Assembly (NCBI GenBank): GCA_965223505.1 | Contig: CBDCWP010000013.1 | Span: 1 to 64,000 of the forward strand | DNA: 64,000 nucleotides | Direction of reading: 5' to 3' | Source: Planctomycetota bacterium | GTDB taxonomy: Bacteria > Planctomycetota > PLA2 > JAEUHO01 | Part shown: positions 57,754 through 64,000 of the stretch, in pieces | Layout of the letters: each line of letters opens with the position of its first letter | Position numbering within the stretch: position 1 is the stretch's first letter | The notes under the pieces: generated by a model | Database searches by the model: none | What the model was told of the DNA's origin: nothing | Seen by the model: only the letters and a program-made list of their open reading frames with translations | Position numbers and translations under genes: made by a program

Positions 57754-59067
57754 GTGAACAGCATCACGTCGACGCAAGAGCTCCCCGTCGATCGCATCGA
57801 GATCAAGGAGTTCGAAAACCTCTACCAGATGGCGGTGGCCCAGTTCCACCAGGCCGCGGCGCGCATGGACCTGCCGCCGGCGCTGCTCGAGATCCTGAGC
57901 CAGCCCAAGACCGAGATCATCGTCAACTTCCCCATCAGGAAAGACGACGGCTCGACGATCATGTGCAAGGGCTACCGGATCCAGCACAACAACATCCTGG
58001 GTTGCTACAAGGGCGGGCTGCGCTTCAGCCCGCAGGTGCATCTCGACGAGGTCAAGGCGCTCGCCGCGTGGATGACGTGGAAGTGCTCGTTGGCCGACCT
58101 CCCGTTCGGCGGCGGCAAGGGCGGCATCCAGATCGACCCGACGCAGCTCTCCGAAGCCGAGCTCGAACGCGTCACGCGGCGCTTCACCCACGCACTCGGG
58201 GCGAACATCGGTCCGGACTACGACATCCCCGCGCCTGACATGGGGACCAACGCCCAGACCATGGTCTGGATGATGGACACATACATGAACACGGTGGCGT
58301 TCGCGAACAAGAACACGTCGCGCCACGTGGTCACGGGCAAGACGCTCGGCGCCGGCGGCTCGAAGGGTCGTGAAGAGGCGACCGGCCGCGGCACGGTCTA
58401 CAGCATCGCGTCGTGGGCCATCGACAACGGCATCGACCTGAATCACTGCACCTTCTCGGTGCAGGGATACGGCAACGTGGGGTCGTGGGCCGCGAAGATC
58501 CTGCAGAACGAGTACGGCGCCAAGCTGATCGCCGCGCAAGACCACACCGGCAGCATCTGCAACAAGAAGGGCATCAACGCCGACGACCTGGCGTCGCACG
58601 TGGAGGGCCACGGGGGCGTCTTCGAGTACGAGTCGGCGGACGCGATCAGCGACGACGACTTCTGGAGCACGAAGGTCGACATCGTGATTCCGGCGGCGCT
58701 CGAGTGGCAGGTCACGGCGGAGAACGCGCCGAAGATGAACTGCCGTCTCGTGGCGGAGGCCGCAAACGGTCCGACGACGCCCGCGGCGGAGAAGATCCTG
58801 CGCGAGAACGACGTCGAGGTGATTCCGGACATCCTCTGCAACGCCGGCGGCGTGATCGTGTCGTTCTTCGAGTGGACACAAAACAAGCGCGGTGAGACCT
58901 GGTACATCGACGAGGTGCGTCACAAGCTCAAGCGCCGCATGGCCGACGCGTACGACCGCGTCACGCAGGCCTGCAACGAGTACCGCTGCTCGCAGCGCGA
59001 CGGGGCGATGATCGTGGCGCTCAAGCGCGTCGCGCAGGCCTACGAAGAGCGCGGCATCTTCCCGTAG
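57754..59067 (+). CDS. gdhA: Glu/Leu/Phe/Val dehydrogenase (glutamate dehydrogenase)
   Basis: YKGGLRF, PFGGGKGG, DIPAPDMGT, VTGK, EATGRG, QGYGNVG, EAANGP, NAGGVIVS. Confidence 0.95.
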   Translation: MNSITSTQELPVDRIEIKEFENLYQMAVAQFHQAAARMDLPPALLEILSQPKTEIIVNFPIRKDDGSTIMCKGYRIQHNNILGCYKGGLRFSPQVHLDEVKALAAWMTWKCSLADLPFGGGKGGIQIDPTQLSEAELERVTRRFTHALGANIGPDYDIPAPDMGTNAQTMVWMMDTYMNTVAFANKNTSRHVVTGKTLGAGGSKGREEATGRGTVYSIASWAIDNGIDLNHCTFSVQGYGNVGSWAAKILQNEYGAKLIAAQDHTGSICNKKGINADDLASHVEGHGGVFEYESADAISDDDFWSTKVDIVIPAALEWQVTAENAPKMNCRLVAEAANGPTTPAAEKILRENDVEVIPDILCNAGGVIVSFFEWTQNKRGETWYIDEVRHKLKRRMADAYDRVTQACNEYRCSQRDGAMIVALKRVAQAYEERGIFP

Positions 59068-59077
59068 GGGCGCGCAC

Positions 59078-59578
59078 GTGTCCGGGGACGGCGACGACCT
59101 GCTGTGGCGGCCGCTCCCCGGCGACGTCGGCGACTACACGCCGGCGCGACCGCGGCTCGCCGTGGACGCGTGGCTGGGCGTGCCGGCGGCGGAAGGCTGG
59201 CGGGTTCTCATGCTGCGCCGCACGCAGGCCCACGGCGGCTTCTGGCAGGGCATCTCGGGGCGCGTCGAGCCTGCCGACGCCACCTTGGGGGAGGCGGCGT
59301 TACGCGAGATTCGTGAGGAGACCGGACTCGCAAGCGGCGTCCGGCTGATCGACCTCGGCCGCTGGATCGAATTCGTCTCGCCCTTCTCGGGGCGCTCCTA
59401 CCGCAAGCGCAGCCTGGGCGCGATCCTGCCGGCGGGCACGGAGCCGAGCGACGTCGTGTTCTCGGACGAGCACGACGAGGCGCGGTTGGTCGACTTCGAC
59501 GAAGCGCGGGCGTTGGTGAAGTGGGATCTCAACGTGGAAGAGCTGACCGCGCTGGAGGCGGCGCTGTCCCGTCCGTAG
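59078..59578 (+). CDS. NUDIX hydrolase (NudB-like)
   Basis: FWQGISGRVE...AALREIREETGL, SDEHD. Confidence 0.85.
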   Translation: MSGDGDDLLWRPLPGDVGDYTPARPRLAVDAWLGVPAAEGWRVLMLRRTQAHGGFWQGISGRVEPADATLGEAALREIREETGLASGVRLIDLGRWIEFVSPFSGRSYRKRSLGAILPAGTEPSDVVFSDEHDEARLVDFDEARALVKWDLNVEELTALEAALSRP

Positions 59579-59654
59579 GAAACGGGCCTACGACAAGCTT
59601 CATCGCTGCGCCTCCCTGATCCAGTACGCACGACTGTACGTGCGCCCCCGTTCC

Positions 59655-59759
59655 GTAGGGTCGCTGGGGCGAAGGCACCGCAAAGCGACGGAGGACGCCG
59701 CGTGGTCAGCCACGCAAGGACGACGGCGCGCAGCGCTGCCGAGCATCCAGCGGGCCTAC
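59655..59759. repeat. MITE-like dispersed repeat, copy 2
   Basis: Terminal inverted repeats gtagggtcgctgg / ccagcgggcctac; internal gcgtgg...ccacgc hairpin. Confidence 0.7.
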
Positions 59760-61165
59760 CTCGTGTGAACGTGCCATTCGAGCCCGATGCGCTCGAGCGA
59801 ATACTGCTTCAGATCCATCAACGTCTTCACACGCTCCGAGGCGTTCGGATCGTCGGCCACCAAGATCGGGCCGTCCCGAGGATCCGTCGGCAACACGCCG
59901 TGGCTGCCGCGCACCATCGATGCGTCGAGCGGCACCACGTCCATCAGATAGCGCATGCCCAGCTTCTTGCGCGCCAACCGGCGCGCCACGCGCAGCTTCG
60001 GAAACCGGATGTCGGGATCCAGGAACAGCTCGCACGGGTCGTAGCCGGGCTTGCGGTGGATGTCGACAGTGCGCGCGAAGTCCGGCGCGCGCCGATCGTC
60101 CAGCCAGTACGGGTAGGCGAACCAAGCGTCCGGTCGCGCCAACAGCACGATGTCGCCGACGCGCGGGTGCTCGAGGCCCAGGGAAACGCGCGCGTCGCGG
60201 TTGAGGGCCCGCCACACGCCCTGTGCGCCCCGCAGCAGCTTCGAAACGCGCTCGTGGTCGGTCGGATCCTTCAGGTAGACGTGCGCGACCTGATGGTCGC
60301 AAACGGCGACCGCGCGCGAACGGAACACGTCGATCAGCTCACCGAACGGCCCGTCGCGCACCTCCAACAAGCCCGCCTGCCGCAGGATGCGGTTCGGGTA
60401 CGCCGCCCTCTGCACCGGCATCAGGCCGTACTCGGAGAACGCGACCACCTCGGCGCCGATCTCGCGCGCCGCGTCGATCACCATGCCCGCGCAGCGATCG
60501 ACCTCGGCGACCCGCTCGGGGGTACCGGGCGCGTCGGGACCGAAGCGCTGCAGGTCGTAGTCGAGGTGCGGCAGGTAGACCATCGTGAAGGACGGCTTCT
60601 TCTCCCGCAGGGTCAACGCCGCGGCCCGGGCGATCCACTCGCTCGACTTCAGGCCCGAGAGCGGGCCCCAGAAGGCGTGGAAGGGAAACGCGCCGAGGAC
60701 GCGTTCGAGGCCGGGCGCGAAGCCGCCGGGGTTGCCGTGGATGCCGAACACCTTGGAGCCGTCCGCGCCGTACCAGGGCTTGGGCGTGACCGACCAGTCG
60801 ACCTCGGCCCCTTCGTTGAACCACCAGAAGAGCTTCGCGCTCGTGAAGTGCTTGCCCTGTTTGTTGGCCAACCGGCGGCCTGCGGCGTAGATCGTCTCCC
60901 CCTGGATGAGCGCGTTGCTCTGGAGCCAGAAGCGAACCTCGCCGGTCTCCCTGTGCAGCCATCCGTTGCCGACGATGCCGTGTCCGGAAGGCGACAAGCC
61001 GGTGAGGGCCGAGGCTTGCGCCGCGCAGGTGACGGCGGGCACGACGCCTTCGAGCGGCGCCGTGCAGCCTGCGCTGGCGAGGCCCTTGAGGTTGGGGGCG
61101 TAGTCCAACAGACGGGGTGTGAGACCCACGATGTCGAGCCAGACGAGGGGGCGCAGGGAGGACAC
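59756..61165 (-). CDS. Alkaline phosphatase family nucleotide pyrophosphatase/phosphodiesterase (EboF-like)
   Basis: LDIVGLT, PAVTC, HGIVGNGW, YLPHLDYDLQRFGP, SEYG, VDIHRKPGYDP, RGSHG. Confidence 0.9.
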   Translation of the reverse strand: MSSLRPLVWLDIVGLTPRLLDYAPNLKGLASAGCTAPLEGVVPAVTCAAQASALTGLSPSGHGIVGNGWLHRETGEVRFWLQSNALIQGETIYAAGRRLANKQGKHFTSAKLFWWFNEGAEVDWSVTPKPWYGADGSKVFGIHGNPGGFAPGLERVLGAFPFHAFWGPLSGLKSSEWIARAAALTLREKKPSFTMVYLPHLDYDLQRFGPDAPGTPERVAEVDRCAGMVIDAAREIGAEVVAFSEYGLMPVQRAAYPNRILRQAGLLEVRDGPFGELIDVFRSRAVAVCDHQVAHVYLKDPTDHERVSKLLRGAQGVWRALNRDARVSLGLEHPRVGDIVLLARPDAWFAYPYWLDDRRAPDFARTVDIHRKPGYDPCELFLDPDIRFPKLRVARRLARKKLGMRYLMDVVPLDASMVRGSHGVLPTDPRDGPILVADDPNASERVKTLMDLKQYSLERIGLEWHVHTR

Positions 61166-61176
61166 CTACGAATCCT

Positions 61177-61211
61177 ACGGGAGGCGGGAAGCGGGAGACG
61201 GGAAACGGGAG
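61177..61211. repeat. Heptamer tandem repeat, RCGGGAR x5
   Basis: acgggag gcgggaa gcgggag acgggaa acgggag; reverse complement of the 1851-1892 family. Confidence 0.7.
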
Positions 61212-61240
61212 CCTGAATCCCGCGGCGCCCGGGTACGAAC

Positions 61241-61272
61241 AAGGGCCGCGTCCCTCACGGAACGCGGCCCTT
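61241..61272 (-). terminator. Hairpin downstream of groEL
   Basis: aagggccgcgt...acgcggccctt stem, weak U-tract. Confidence 0.6.
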
Positions 61273-61302
61273 CGAGGTTCGAGAACGGGCTTCTGCGAAT
61301 CC

Positions 61303-62973
<1,671 letters not shown>

Positions 62974-62991
62974 GTTGGTTTCCCTCGCTCT

Positions 62992-63321
62992 CTACTTCTT
63001 GGACTTCTTGGACTTCTTGGAACCGTCGTCGACGACCGCGAGTATCTCGCTCTCTTGCAGGATCAGGTACTCGTGGCCCTGCTCCTTGACGGTCGTGCCC
63101 GCGTACGAACCGAAGATGATCCGGTCGCCCGGCACGACGCTGAGCGGGATGCGGTTGCCGTCCCGGTCGTACTGCCCGTCGCCGAGCGCGATGACGCGCC
63201 CTTCGGTCGGCTTCTCCTTCGCGGAGTCGGGAAGCACGATGCCTCCCGCCGTGGTGTCGCTGGCTTCAATGCGCTCGACGAGCACGTTGTCGTACAGCGG
63301 CTTGATGTTGGCCTTGCCCAT
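62992..63321 (-). CDS. groES: Co-chaperonin GroES
   Basis: IKPLYDNVLV, TAGGIVLPDSAKEKP, ESEILAV. Confidence 0.97.
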   Translation of the reverse strand: MGKANIKPLYDNVLVERIEASDTTAGGIVLPDSAKEKPTEGRVIALGDGQYDRDGNRIPLSVVPGDRIIFGSYAGTTVKEQGHEYLILQESEILAVVDDGSKKSKKSKK

Positions 63322-63348
63322 GTGAGTCGTCTCCTGCCGACGCGCGCG

Positions 63349-63798
63349 TCAGCGTCGGTTCGTTCGGTCGGATGCGTCGATTCGATTCGTCGGCTCGAAC
63401 CCGGCCACCGCCCGCAGGGCGGCGCGCACCGTCGGCTCCTGCGGCGGAAGCGGCAGAACCGTCCCGACGCCGGCGCGCAACGCGTCGAACCAGAAGTCGC
63501 TGCGGGGTGCGCGGGTCATCAGCACGAGCCGGCGCCCCGCGATCCGGCGGACCTCCCGCCAGAGGGCTTCCCCCTCCACGAGCTCGTCGCCTTCGGAATC
63601 CGCATCCCAGAAGGCCGAGTCGAGGAACGAAGCCGCGAACGGCTCCCGGCGCACCGAGTCGAGCGTCTCGCGCCCGCCCCGCGTGAAGTACGGCCGGAAC
63701 CCGCAGCGCCGGATCATGCCGTCCAACTCGTCACGCAGTCCGGCGCCCTCCCGAGGGCGGGATCGCAGGGTGACGAGGACGGTGGAACTCGGCGTCAT
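63349..63798 (-). CDS. Degenerate receiver (CheY-like) domain protein
   Basis: Alternating beta/alpha pattern: SFLDS, LVLMT, FDALRAGVGTVLPLPP (KP motif absent). Confidence 0.5.
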   Translation of the reverse strand: MTPSSTVLVTLRSRPREGAGLRDELDGMIRRCGFRPYFTRGGRETLDSVRREPFAASFLDSAFWDADSEGDELVEGEALWREVRRIAGRRLVLMTRAPRSDFWFDALRAGVGTVLPLPPQEPTVRAALRAVAGFEPTNRIDASDRTNRR

Positions 63799-63813
63799 GA
63801 AGCGAATGGCGTG

Positions 63814-63828
63814 GCAAGCTCGGTGCCA
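63814..63828 (-). promoter_or_regulatory. Sigma54 -24/-12 promoter
   Basis: Minus strand TGGCAC-CGAGC-TTGC, exact consensus spacing, 15 nt upstream of ATG 63798. Confidence 0.7.
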
Positions 63829-64000
63829 CGCCCACGCATCAGATGGGTGACAGCGCGTAACCGGTCCCCATGGCGGCAGTTACGTCCAGAGCCCGACATC
63901 GGGCGGCATCGGCTCCCGCGCGACGGCGTGCCAGAATGTCAGCCGCACACGACGGACGCGGCGCCAACCTGTCCGTCTGTCAGGCGCCGGGGAGGGGGAT

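Overview
High-GC bacterial chromosomal segment. Planctomycetota-like by inference only (DUF1570-like, FHA, SUMF1, VIT and many secreted hypothetical proteins). It is mostly housekeeping or metabolic: an aconitase-family fusion, thiolase/crt/hbd, polA, clpP, queC, an NSS transporter, ribBA, speA, apbC, elbB, rnd, nadE, an rlmI-like methyltransferase, gdhA and groES-groEL. Mobile or repeat DNA comprises one IS481-family element with a 6-bp target duplication inserted in a GTAG REP-like repeat, plus MITE-like and heptamer repeats. A small-gene accessory block lies at about 37.4-44.3 kb. No CRISPR array, tRNA or rRNA was seen, and no complete novel multi-gene system can be demonstrated from sequence alone. 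Best leads: (1) a divergent LCIB/theta-carbonic-anhydrase-like protein (34623-35858); (2) a 101-aa protein with 64 Asp/Glu residues (52667-52972); (3) an FHA plus FHA-kinase pair divergent from glutamate dehydrogenase, possibly GarA/PknG-like; (4) a MetS-like NSS small subunit fused to an exported domain; (5) a sigma54 -24/-12 element driving a receiver-like ORF and groESL; (6) a candidate structured sRNA downstream of queC; (7) a paralog with no canonical start codon, in frame behind a TAG; (8) pervasive leaderless TANNNT promoters. All family assignments come from motif recall, not database searches.
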